Shown here: in pieces, positions 12,301 to 24,500 of the stretch
Position numbering within the stretch: position 1 is the first letter of the stretch
How the letters are laid out: every line of letters starts with the position of its first letter
Origin: Azolla caroliniana
Taxonomy: Eukaryota; Plantae; Polypodiophyta
Direction: 5' to 3'
Assembly (NCBI GenBank): GCA_043228905.1
Contig: JBHGNT010000160.1
Span: 1 to 63,822 of the forward strand
Length of the DNA stretch: 63,822 nucleotides
Notes under the pieces: generated by a model
What the model was told of the DNA's origin: nothing
Databases searched by the model: none
The model's input: the letters and a program-made list of their open reading frames with translations, nothing else
Position numbers and translations under genes: made by a program

Positions 12301-15300
12301 ATGTCTCAAACAAACTGGGAAGCTGACAAGATGTGAGTAATCTAAAGACCCATATGTATTTTATTTGTTATATAGCTTGTTTTCTTATGAATTCAGGACT
12401 GATTATCTTATATTATTGTCAATTTTATACCTTTTTTTGGTATATAATTCAGGTTAGATGTGTATATCTATGATTATCTTGTGAAGAGAAATCTTCAGGC
12501 ATCTGCACAGGCATTTCAAGCAGAAGGAAAGGTCTCTTCAGATCCTGTTGGTATGATACATACACATACATACATACACACACACATACATACACACACA
12601 TACACACACATACATATATTTATGTATGTATATATATTTTCAAGTGTCATGTTGGGTTAAAATTTCTCTAAAATGTTGATGCTTAGTTTTGGCTTTTTTT
12701 TTTCATTTTCAATTTAATATTTTAGCCATAGATGCACCTGGTGGGTTTCTATTTGAATGGTGGTCCGTGTTTTGGGACATCTTTATTGCACGAACAAACG
12801 AGAAACATTCAGAAGTTGCTGCGTCCTACATCGAGGTCTGCCTTTAACTTAAATAAATACCCATGCACATGCTGTACCTATTATATTACAGTTTGGAAAA
12901 CTTAATGCAAGGTGAAATGACCCACAATAATGATTTTACTGCAATGATCACCAGATAACTATATCTGTCTTTAGGTTATACGTGGAACACTTTTTTCCTG
13001 ATGTCATATTACTGGTGAAATGTTCACTGTATCTATCGTCAGGATATTTGAATGCACATTTGATTTCTGTAAAACACATTAAATATTGCTAATGGGGGAA
13101 CTTAAGGTGAGGTGAAAACCCACAAAAAAAATTATTTTAACAAAACGACCATCAGATCTCCATTTTTATCTTCAGACACATGCATATACACATACACTTA
13201 TGCTATTGGTTCGATAACCATGTTTACTGGTGTTTGGAGTCAGACCCAGCAGTTGAAAGCTAGAGAACAGCAGCAGCAGCAGCAACACCACCATCAACAG
13301 CAGCAGCAGCAGCAGCACCAACAGCAGCAGCAGCAACAACAACAGCAACAGCAACAGCAGCAGCAGCAACAACAACAGCACCATCAACAACAGCAGCAAC
13401 AGCAGCAGCAACAGCAACAACAGCAGCTTCAGCTTCAGCTTTTGCGACATCAACAGCAGCAACAGCCTAGGAGAGATGGTAACCATCTTAATATCAATGG
13501 AGGGGTGAATAGTCTTGGGTCTGATACCATGATGAGACAAAGCACAGCCAATGCAATGGCAACCAAAATATATGAAGAATGTTTGAAGCATCCACAGAAA
13601 AGAGAAGCTATAGAAGATGCAAACTTGAAGGTGCTTTTGTGGCAATGATCTAAGTCTTAACAAATAATTATGCGTTTACTCACCAGTTTAGTGTGCTTGA
13701 AGGAAACTATTGATGTTTTTGTCAGTTTCTGGATGCAGAGATATGCTGATAATCCTAATCAACTGTTAGATGCGAGTCAAGCACCTTTGCTGAAGTCACC
13801 TCCAACACCTGGTCAACCAGCCGGGTAACTGTCCTTTCTTTGACCTGGATTTGGGGATTAAGATCTTGAATACAGACTGTGGTTCAAGAAGTGACTAGGA
13901 AACTTGAAAGTATCAAGAAAATGGAAGGATCTTAACTTCATTTTCTGCCATGATACGTGTATTCTTAGATGGTGTTTCTTTTGATGTACTTATGCTACTT
14001 TGAATACAATGCCCTTAGGAAAGTGTTTGTCTAGACTCTAGGATGTTATGATGCAAATTTTGTGCTATAATGTTATTGTGATGTGTTCAAGAAGGTATGG
14101 TGTTTAAGTTTATCTAGGATATTCTGATGGGAATGATCTGGAAGGGTGTTGATAGTTTCCTGTATCGTGGACTAATTACGATTCTTCATTGCATGAGTAA
14201 TTATTTTGCATATGCACTGTGCCTCAGACATGTGAGTATATTCTGCTGTCTCATTTCTATAGTAAATCTTAACATAATCTTTTCTATTTGGGAAGTCAAA
14301 TGCTACATGCCGGAGGAGGCAATATGAGTGCAACCCTTCAACAAGCACAAGTTCGAAATCAAACAATCTCGGGTGTAAACCAAGTAAATTCTTTGATGCA
14401 GAGCACCTATTGTGTATTGATCTATGATTTTCCTGCATCAAGTGTAAATATTCTCTGTCTAGTGCCGTCAATATCTCTTCACTGATGTTAGAAATTAACA
14501 GGATGTAAAAGGTGATGTAAATGGAGTACTAAATCAACGATCACCTGCACCAGATCCAGCACTTTTCGGCGTGCCTGGAGTTGGTCATTCAAAACCAAAT
14601 CTTTTAAGTCCAGGTGTCACTTTTGCGTTCAACGTGTTCCATTCTAGCTCGATTCCAGGCTTGCTGACAATATAAACATAATTATAGGTAAATTAACTGA
14701 CTTGTCCCTGTTCCATCCAGGTGTTAATCAAGGTGCAAATACTTTACCTCTAAAGGGCTGGCCACTGACGGTAAGTTTTGGATATTCAGTTTTGCGCTAG
14801 ATTGGAAGTGGAAGGCTCAAATAAACCAAATTCATATTTTGTGTTCAGGGATTTGATCAACTTCGTCCAAATATGCTACCCGCAAAGTCATTTATCCAAT
14901 CGCCGCAGCAATATCATCAGATTCAAATGCTCAACCCTCAGCAACAGCAGCAACTCTTGCTGCAAGCACAGCAAACACAAGGAAATTTGGGATCAACCAA
15001 TCTTCTCACAGAGTTGGAATCTAGACGGATCAAAATGCTTCTAAGCAGCAGGAATGCAATGCCCAATAAAGATGGCCAACCTACTGGTATTGGAGATGTC
15101 ATGCAAGGTGTGGCCTCCCCAATGCAAGCTGCCAATCAGAGTAACCAGGAACTAATAATGAAAGTGTGTATTGGCTCTTTGTCTTCACAAAATTCACTGA
15201 TTAATATCTATTCTTTGGTTTAAGTCTTTGTGGCTATACTCTAATGTAGGCTAAGCTGACTCAGCTTCAACAGCAGCAGCAACAACAGCAACAACGGCAA

Positions 15301-18300
15301 CAACAACAGCAGCAAATCCAGCAACCACCACCATCTCAGCAGCCACAAATATCACAGCAACAGATTCCTGCAACTCCTCTGCCGCAGCAAGATAGGCTCA
15401 TTGGACCTACCGGAGGAGTGGTTGATGGAAATCTCTCCAATGCCTACCGGAGTAATGAGCAGGTAAAATACTCTGGATGGTCTCTTGGTTGTGTCGTTTC
15501 ATCAATTATGTAGGTTTGAATGTCTTTTGAATGACTTTAGATCATTTTAACATTGGAATTTGTTTCTTTTTTGTATCTAATTTTGCTAATACATATTGTG
15601 GATTGATTATTAGTATTTGTATTCATCATATACTTGCCATTAGCTCCGATAAATATTGAGATTATGAGCTCTTGCCTACATTTGATTACTATTGAGTCTT
15701 TTCTATCCAAGAAGTGGTTAATAAAAGTTGTACTCAACAGTGTAGATTCACAGGTGATGTTTATCTAGTTTTATATTGAAGGTTATCTTAAATGAATCAT
15801 TTAATTGATATTTTTAGCATTTTAGGAATCTCTCTCTCTCTCTCTCTCTCCTGATTTCCTCCCATGTACTTAATTTGAAAGCCCAAATTGTCCTGGCCTT
15901 GGTAAATGTATGTATTCCTTATGTCTATTCAAGAAGTAATTAAGGTTGTTACTATCTAACTTTTATCTTCTATATATAGACTGTCACAAAAGGGCAGAAT
16001 GGGCGGAAAAGGAAACAACCTGCATCTTCGTCTGGCCCTGCAAACAGTACAGGTACAGGAAATACAGCAGGACCCAATTCTGCTCCCTCAACCCCGTCAA
16101 TCCACACACCAGGTGACGTTATCTCCATGGCTAGTGCATTGCAACAGAGTGGTAGCACATCGAAGTCATCATTAATATATGGATCAGATGGTACAGGAGC
16201 TTTAGCAACCTCTTCCAATCAATTGGTGTGTATTCTTTAAAAGAAATTCATCATTTTGATCTTCAGAAACACTTTTATCTATGATGAGAGTCACTTCAGC
16301 ATTTTGATTACCAATGTGTAGGCTGATATAGATCGGTTCGCTGAGGAGGCATCATTAGATGACAACGTGGAATCCTTCTTATCTTATGATGAAGCAGACC
16401 AAAGAGAGACACTTTTTAGCTGTAGTAAAAGGAGTCCCACTGGACATAGTTTGGATGCCAGTAAAGGTACTTTCCTCATACATTCAAAAAGGTGTTAAAA
16501 CATGGGATAATCAAGAATAATTTGTCTTCTGGCTTTCAGGCTCCATATTCTCGGAGGTTCGATGTATTAAAGCGAGTAACAATAAAGTTATTGCATGTGA
16601 CTTCTCTCCTGATGGGAAGCTACTTGCTAGTGCAGGACATGATAAGAAGGTCAGATTTCGATTATGGTTAGGCTTTTGTGGTTTAATCTGCTGTTATTGT
16701 ACTAAGTTTGTGATTGCTATTTACAGGCAGTGTTGTGGAACATGGAGCCTTTTAAGCTGAAGGGAACACTTGATGAACACAATCTCATGATTACAGATGT
16801 CCGATTTAGTGGAAATTCAACACGTCTTGCAACATCATCATTTGATAAGACTGTGAAAGTATGGGAAGTTGACAGTGTAAGTACTAAGTCTGCTTCCTTG
16901 ATGCATGGGCATGCTTGCTATTGCCAACCTAGTCGACTTATCCTTTATACATGGGCGAGATGTTATGATTTTTTCGCTGGATTTGTTATGCAGACAAGCT
17001 ACTCATTGAGGAGTTTTACGGGACACAGGGGAACAGTGATGTCACTGGATTTTAACACCATAAATGAAGATCTACTCTGTTCTTGTGATGGAGATAATGA
17101 GATACGATATTGGAATGTGACTCAGGGTACTTGCACTCGGACATTTCAGGTAGAAATGCTCGTTTTAAAACTGTAAATTTTAGTTTTGAGAATCTTAGTG
17201 GAATTTGGATTAATTTTGATTCAGCATTGAATTGAATTGAATAACAGGGGGGAAATAGTCGGGTGAGGTTCCAACCAAGAGCTGGAAGGTTTTTGGCTGC
17301 AGCAGCTGATAATACTGTGTCCATATTTGACGTAGAAACGACGACTCGTGTGCATTGCCTGCAGGTTTGCCTCTGCTTTCTGTACAAAAAAATGCATGCG
17401 GATCATAGAAATAGAACCACAAGTTTTGCTTCATGCAGTTGGCTCACAAACCGGCCTGAAATATGAAAATTATTTTTTTATCTTTTTCTGAAAGTCAATA
17501 ATCATTAGAAAAACTTCATACAATTTCCAGATTGGAACAGTCTGGAATTTCAGCAATTAGGAAGCGTAAATTGTGATTTCGTTCTTGAATTTCTACAATT
17601 TTAAGAAACCTTCATAAACTCCCCATTTTCTCTAAATGATGCTCTACTATATATCCTAGATATATAATGCTGTATATTTTCATATATTTTATGAAGCCCA
17701 TGCTGTAATTTTTTGAAACAAAATGGTACTCCGAAATGGAAGCTCAAAATCCACAAAACCATGCAATATTTTCTTGTAACACGAGCAGATCTTAGAGTTT
17801 TGTTTGCTTTTCTTGCAGAGGCATACAAACTCTATCCATGCCGTGTGTTGGGATGCAGCTGGCGACTATCTTGCATCTGTTAGTGATGATTCAGTGCGAG
17901 TGTGGGCACTTCGTCCTGGTTCTGAAGGACAATGTATCCATGAGTTGAGTTGCAATGGAAACAAATTCCAGTCCTGTGTTTTCCATCCCACTTACCCTCA
18001 CATTCTTGTGATTGGATGCTATCAGGTATGATTTCCTTTCATCTCATGCATAGAATATCGTGTTGGGCTTACGGATACATTATTGCTGGTTCATATATAT
18101 TATTTTGTTGCTAGAGATACATGCCAACTGGTGAACCCATTTTCACAGTTTTGCTCACATTTGATGAATGTTCATATTTGCTTGGCAGTCGATCGAATTG
18201 TGGTCCATACAAGAGAAAAAGAACATTACAATATCTGCCCATGAAGGTTTGATTGAAGCACTTGCCCAGTCTCCTGTCACCGGCATGATTGCATCGGCTA

Positions 18301-18332
18301 GCCATGATAAAACTGTGAAACTATGGAAGTAG
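12301..18332 (+). CDS. LUG: LEUNIG / LEUNIG_HOMOLOG Groucho/Tup1-type transcriptional co-repressor (~921 aa, 18 coding exons)
   Basis: LUFS/LisH N-terminus [62 protein letters not shown], polyQ tracts, [31 protein letters not shown], and C-terminal WD40 repeats ending [13 protein letters not shown]. Exons: 12301-12332, 12453-12550, 12726-12835, 13244-13630, 13739-13824, 14296-14383, 14502-14613, 14721-14770, 14849-15163, 15250-15462, 15980-16225, 16322-16466, 16540-16649, 16727-16876, 16994-17149, 17248-17364, 17819-18025, 18189-18332 (2766 nt, in frame). Probable 5'UTR intron 11946-12192. LUG versus LUH orthology is not resolvable by eye. Confidence 0.95.
13268..13466 (+). repeat. Coding CAG/CAA polyglutamine tract (His-interrupted) in LUG exon 4
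   Basis: [18 protein letters not shown]20HHQ14[13 protein letters not shown] in ORF 13112..13648. Confidence 0.95.
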
Positions 18333-18893
18333 AGGGTGTACCATAGTATGTTTTTTGTGGAATGTTTGTGGTAATATGTGGCAGAATATTGTTGTAAAAT
18401 ATCAAAGGCTTGGGCTTTGCTATTATGTGAAGTGTCAGAGATGCGTGCCATGTGAATGCCAAGGATTCTATGGCTGTTTGGTTCCTCTGCAATTCAGGAG
18501 AGACTGTCACGATACAAAAACCGTGTTATAAAAACCATGTGAATGCCAAGGATTATATGGCTGTTTGGATCATATTGCAGGGCACGGTTGGTAGCAAATC
18601 TTTTAATAAACCAATGAAAATTACTGTTTATTATATCTAATCCTCTAGACGACTTGATTAAGTGAAATATATGATTCGCAAATTGCATTGCCTTACACGA
18701 AGAAGCAAATTTATTCTTTTAATTCATTTCTGCAGTGTGTAATGCCTGACATTGATAAATCTTCCATTCCTGAGATATAGAGCATATGCATGACTATATG
18801 AAGTTGATATGGACAGGGGTTCATCCAGTTTTTGTGGATCGCCACATGGTAAAAGCCAGTCCTAGGTTTTCATGGTATATATCTCTATATATT

Positions 18894-18930
<37 letters not shown>

Positions 18931-20960
18931 AATGTCCAGCTCATTGAGATAACAATGGCCTCTTGCTTGCCTTCTTAATGTCTTTATTAATTTCAGACTT
19001 ACATGTCATGACAGGGTTAACTTTGATCTTTAATGTGTTGTCAACTCATCAACCATGTTAATGCATGGTCGATACTATATTTTTTGTTACACAAACTATT
19101 CACAAAATGACGAGAACCTAATCTGGAGTATGATTTCCATTTGGTGGATGTTTCAAAGTTGTCTACCGTGTCCAATAACATTGCTTATTTCCTGGAATTT
19201 ATTTGTTTCAATCTAGTTACGTGTTCTTGTTTATTTGGATCTTGTGGCATTGGCAATTGTGATGTTTATTTTGAATGCTAGAATTGTTGGTTCATGTGAT
19301 GGTTGTGGCCATTGGCTGGAGCAAGAAAAGTTTGGTTACACCATGTTAGGATTTGATGGCAATCCACCTGTCCAGGCCTTTGGGAATGTCACAGGCCATG
19401 TAAAAATATTTTGAAAAGAGTCATAGAAGTTGAATGGAGAAGTTTTTATCAGTCAACTAGGATAAGAAACATGTAGGCTGCACCTGTTCAAAACATAACA
19501 GATGCCATAATTTATGAAGTATATTCATAATTGCATAATGACGATGGTTTGCAATGTAGGTCTTGGGTATTAGCAACTAATACAGATTATTCTCGTGATT
19601 TTGAAAGTGAATAGCACATTCATCTCAAATCAATGATTGGAACATTTGATTTGGCATAGATTGGTCATGCATTTCATATTGAAATCTTTCATGAGATTGG
19701 ATTCATAGCTTTTGCTAATATTGAAGGCATGCCACAACCATCACCAACTTTTGGATCCAGTCCAAAAAGGTGAATATACATGAGACATGACATGGAAAAT
19801 GCTCACATGCTCGGTTTATGTCAAAGCTATTAGAAGTATGAAGTTTGGTTTTTGCATTATATGATCATTTGTTGCAAGTTTCTTTTGTCCAAAGTACCTT
19901 AATAAACATGTGAACAAATTAGATACACACACAAGAGTAATTGCAAATTGTGTACAATCATTTTGGGAAGCATTGATGTGCATTGATCAATATAGAAATG
20001 TAAAGGCAAGAGAAAGATGATCTTTTACTATGTGATGAGAAATTGTTTTAGTGATAAAAAACATGCACAATTTTGGGAAGGACTATTATAACTCGGATGA
20101 GTGGGGGCCTTTTGGAGGATGGTGTCTATTTTCCCCATCAAAATAACTTGAATGTGAAACAAGGTTTTGTAGGATGACTAATTCTTATTTTTCCTATTCA
20201 ACTTGTCCTTAAATAAAAAGATGCAAAACTAAAGACCTTCCTCCAAATATGGGAATATGCCTTTCTACATAATTGAGGAGAAACTATTGAAATGACCTTT
20301 TTCTTCACAGGAGATGGTTTATGAATTGAATTTTCGTAACCTTGCCAATGAAAGTGTTAACATTTTCGCGCAATGAAACCTTTTGATCATATACTCGACG
20401 ATACAAACAAATGGAGACCAACTTTCTAAATGCGAATGATAATGTTGTGTGTCATATTTTAGTCACCCAACATTCATTACACATTCTACAAGATTCTTAA
20501 CAATTTCATCATTAGAGTCGCAACGAATGCTTTTGTTTGATGACCATGTCTTGTCCGAGGGGCCGAAATCATTTGGGATGGATGTACTCAAATTGCAATA
20601 ACTAGACTAGCAATGACGAGTGTGTTTATTATGATAAGTGGACGTCCAACGTGTTATGAGTCTTTGATGGATGGATGGGCATGGGACCAAATCATTCAAT
20701 CTGTGGAGATCTAGGATGGTCGGCATCCCCCCGCATATGGATAGTCAATCAAGTCTGCTTTGTTCAAAATGGAGCTTGATGGGGTCAAGATGGATAGTCA
20801 ATCAAGTGTGCTTTGAGCCACGAGTGCAGTAGACTAAGATGGGATGTGAGAGCCTGATAGATGAGTAGTTGAGGAACATACGACGATCACACAAGACGCA
20901 CGTGCACGATTCATCCATTGTTTAGGCTTTAATTTGCCATGAAATGAATTCCTAACCCTA

Positions 20961-21180
20961 ATTAAAATGAGTTAAAACTAATTAGAATGAATTAAAATGA
21001 GTTTACAATGAGTTAAAACTAATTACAATGAATTAAAATGAGTTAAAACTAATTAGAATGAATTAAAATGAGTTAAAACTAATTAGAATGAATTAAAATG
21101 AGTTAAAACTACTTAGAATGAATTAAAATGAGTTAAAACTACTTAGAATGAATTAAAACTAGTTTAAATGGATTAAAATG
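20961..21180. repeat. 30-bp AT-rich minisatellite (~7 copies) built from three 10-bp subunits
   Basis: AATTAAAATG AGTTAAAACT AATTAGAATG repeated. Confidence 0.93.
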
Positions 21181-21533
21181 AATATTTTCAACAAAAAAAA
21201 TAAAAAAATCTATTACTTGGTAAAACTTGCCCAGGCAATTCTCAGCAGAGATGAATGCAGACAAAGCAGCTCTGACAGATGGAAGAAGCTCAAGCTTTCA
21301 TGGAAACCTCCTCCTCCTTTCGATGCCTTCCCTCTTCTTCTTCTTCTTCACCTCCATCCCTGTCTCTTATCTGCGATTGAACGTCGGGCTTGACGGTTGG
21401 AACCTTACATGTTTGATAATCAGATCTCATGATCCAATTCCTGAATTCTTACCTTCCTCACTATCTGCGATCTTATCCGCATTGGTCGCATTTGAATTAT
21501 CCATTGTATTTCCTGTCTTCGTCTTACATCACT

Positions 21534-24500
21534 ATGGAGATGCCGTTCTCTGCTCCTCCTGTCTCTGCTTCGTCGTTCTCCTCCTCATCAGCATCTTCTT
21601 GTTCCTTTTCTTCTTTGATTTCCTTCAATTACGTATCTTGGAAGCGTTTCTTACATCGGAGAAGGGTTTCCAGCATGATCAACGCGTGCCTTCGGTAAAA
21701 TGTAGCTTCACTACAGTTATGGAACGTCCAGCTCTACCGCAGGTTCCTCGAATGTATGAAGAGATCGAGTATCATTTTCACAAGATAACGTTTATTGCTC
21801 ATTTCATGTTTTTCTTCCCCTTCTTCTCTGCACGGGCCTCATCTATGCCTCCATATTGACACATTTCGTGATTTCACAAGATTTGCTGAGTTTTAGATCA
21901 TTGACACATATCTCGACTTTAATAACGAGATAACGTTTTGTGAGTTCTAAACCATCTTTTCTTCAGTGCTTCTTCTTTGTTGGATGATCATCTCTGCGGC
22001 ATGATGATTCATTTTCAAGTAATCTTTGTCTCCCTCTGTATGTGAAGTCCTAATGCATCTTTCTTCTTCTTCTTTGTTGCATGATCATTGACGGCATGCG
22101 GTTCAATTATTAATCTATATCATTTTTCTTTCATTTGATCAAGCCATCTTGTATTTCCTTTTTGTTGCATGTTCATATCTCGTCTTGTGAAGTCATGTTA
22201 TGTTCCCTTCATTCGCGCATTTATTAAGTCGTCATATCTTTCTTCCTATTGCATGTTATCTTTCAATTGCAAAGTCATCTTATCTTTCCTTCATTTGTTT
22301 AGTAATCTATTCTTTGTTCCTACAGCACGAACTGCTTATGATTAATTTGTGAAGACTTCGTCTTGCCTTCCTTACCTGCAATGCCATGCTCATTTCTGGT
22401 TATGGTTCATAATTTGTTGTTAGCTATATAGTCTGGCTATCTGTGTTTGTTTCATTTATCAAGATCGTTTCTTTAGTACTGGTTGCATGATCATTCTGCA
22501 TATAGATAATTTGTTAATTCATCTTTCTTGGTTTTCTTGCATTATCATTGCATGCGCTCTACATTTATAACAAGTTTCATTGGCAAGATCTTATTTTGTT
22601 AAGCCATATTTTCTTGTTTGCTTGCATGTTCTTCTATACTTGATGAGCTAGATTGTAATAGGTTGTCTTCTTCCTCATATCCTTTAGTTCTATTCTTTTA
22701 TTTGTTTGCAAAATGCTGATTTGAACAAGCACACCAATTTTGGAACTTTTGCTTAATTTTTCCAGTATGATATGAGTAAGATCAAAGATTTTGCAAGTTT
22801 TCTTTTTCTGTAAGTTTTGGTTGGAAATTATTACAAAATTATGGGGATGGGCTCGAAACTGATTGGTTCTTGGTCAGCCACTCCGAAGCGAGTTATATCT
22901 AATGATGACTTGTCCAATATTGTTGATAGCAATGATGAATGGATTGCTGTCTGGACAGGAATCAGGAATCGGAGGTTTCTTTCAGGTAAAAGAAATCATG
23001 TCTTTCAGTAATAACCCTGTGATCCATGTGAGGATCTATGTGAAAAGTGTCTACATAAGTTAATCATTCTGCAATAAATATGCAAAAATTGGTCTCTGTG
23101 TAAAAAAGTGTCTGCAGAAGTTAGTCATTCAGAGATAACAATGCAAAAACTGGGTTCTTTGCGAAAATGTCTGCAGAAGTTCATCAATAATGAATAACTA
23201 TGTAAAAATCATGTCTAGGTCAATTAGATCGCTGTGCATGTGAATGCGAATCCTTCGATTACGTAGTATCGATTAAGACATTCATGTGAAATTGGCAAAT
23301 GTCAACATCCTTTGGACCATGTTATATATTATAAGGTGATAGTATACAGATTCATTCATGAAGTAGCAATTTTATATACAGCCCCTGGCTTAAAATGGAG
23401 TTTCTTTTTGCAATTTACCCAAATACTCCACTTTTTTATTGTCATGCAGTGACTTTTATTGTGACTTCCGGGCACGCATGCTAGTTTTACCTGGATGCTG
23501 TAGATCTTGTCTATATGTTGGTTCTCCTGTTGGCATTGTTTTAGTCTTAACAGTACTTTGGCGTAACTTGTGTATAAATATCTTGGCTTTCTAGTTGGCA
23601 TTGATGTACTTCAAACAATGGTTCCATCTAAAATTCTGTGCTAATATCTTGGCTTTGTAATTGCGATCATCTAGTTTGCACAATACTTTGGTGTGATTTT
23701 CTTAATCTTAGTGTGCTAATATCTTGGCTTTGTAGTTGTGATCAATCTAGTTTGCACAATAGTTTGGCCTGATTTTCTTAACCTTAGAGCTCTATGTTCC
23801 AATATCTCTGATAATTTATCTATAGGCATACACGGTTAGAATTGATAGACCTGTAGGTGATACTTAGTCCTCCTTAAACATAGAGAAACGTTCATATTCA
23901 TAGATATCAGAAAGCTATTTCAGCCTGCAAACAGACAGATATTCAGGCTATCTCTCCCGAAATCCAAAATCGTATAAACACACTTCTAACCAGCGAAAAA
24001 ATATGTTACCTTCATTGAGGAGATGTATGAGTGATGAATCATTTTCAGTTATCATCACCCATGTAAATTGATCGTTTATTTTCCCTTGGAAATCCTCAAC
24101 ATTTTTCTTAGAGTAGTTATTTATGTCTGAATTTCCGAGTCAGATTCTATAACTCCCTTATCGTTATCAGATGGCGAGACAATTACTAACCTGGCAGTGG
24201 AGTCATCTAGAAAAGCTATTGAAATGGCAAAGGTGGAAGCAAAAGATATTGACCTCGTGTTGCTATGCACATCCACCCCAGATGATTTATTCAGTAGTGG
24301 ACCGCAGGTATGCTTTTTGTGACTTTTTACTTTTGTGGATGAGTCTCATAATTTGATTATCTTGATCTTTACCATTATGGCCAGATTCAAAGAGAATCAG
24401 GGTGTCCTAATGCTCTAGCCTTCGATATCACTGCAGCTTGTAGTGGCTTTGTATTGGGCCTTGTTACTGGAACACGGTTATTAAAGGTTTCAAAAGATAT

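Noticed and set aside
13172-13663. 163-aa poly-Leu ORF on the minus strand
   Set aside because: It is the antisense of the LUG CAG/CAA tract and stop-free only because of the repeat.
19250-20700. Possible decayed DNA-transposon coding region
   Set aside because: No recognisable transposase motif or termini by eye; it needs a translated repeat-library search.
21227-21859. 210-aa hydrophobic ORF
   Set aside because: Non-ATG start in the pyrimidine-rich leader. Only its end (VKCSF..VPR) appears to be part of the frameshifted KAS III first exon.
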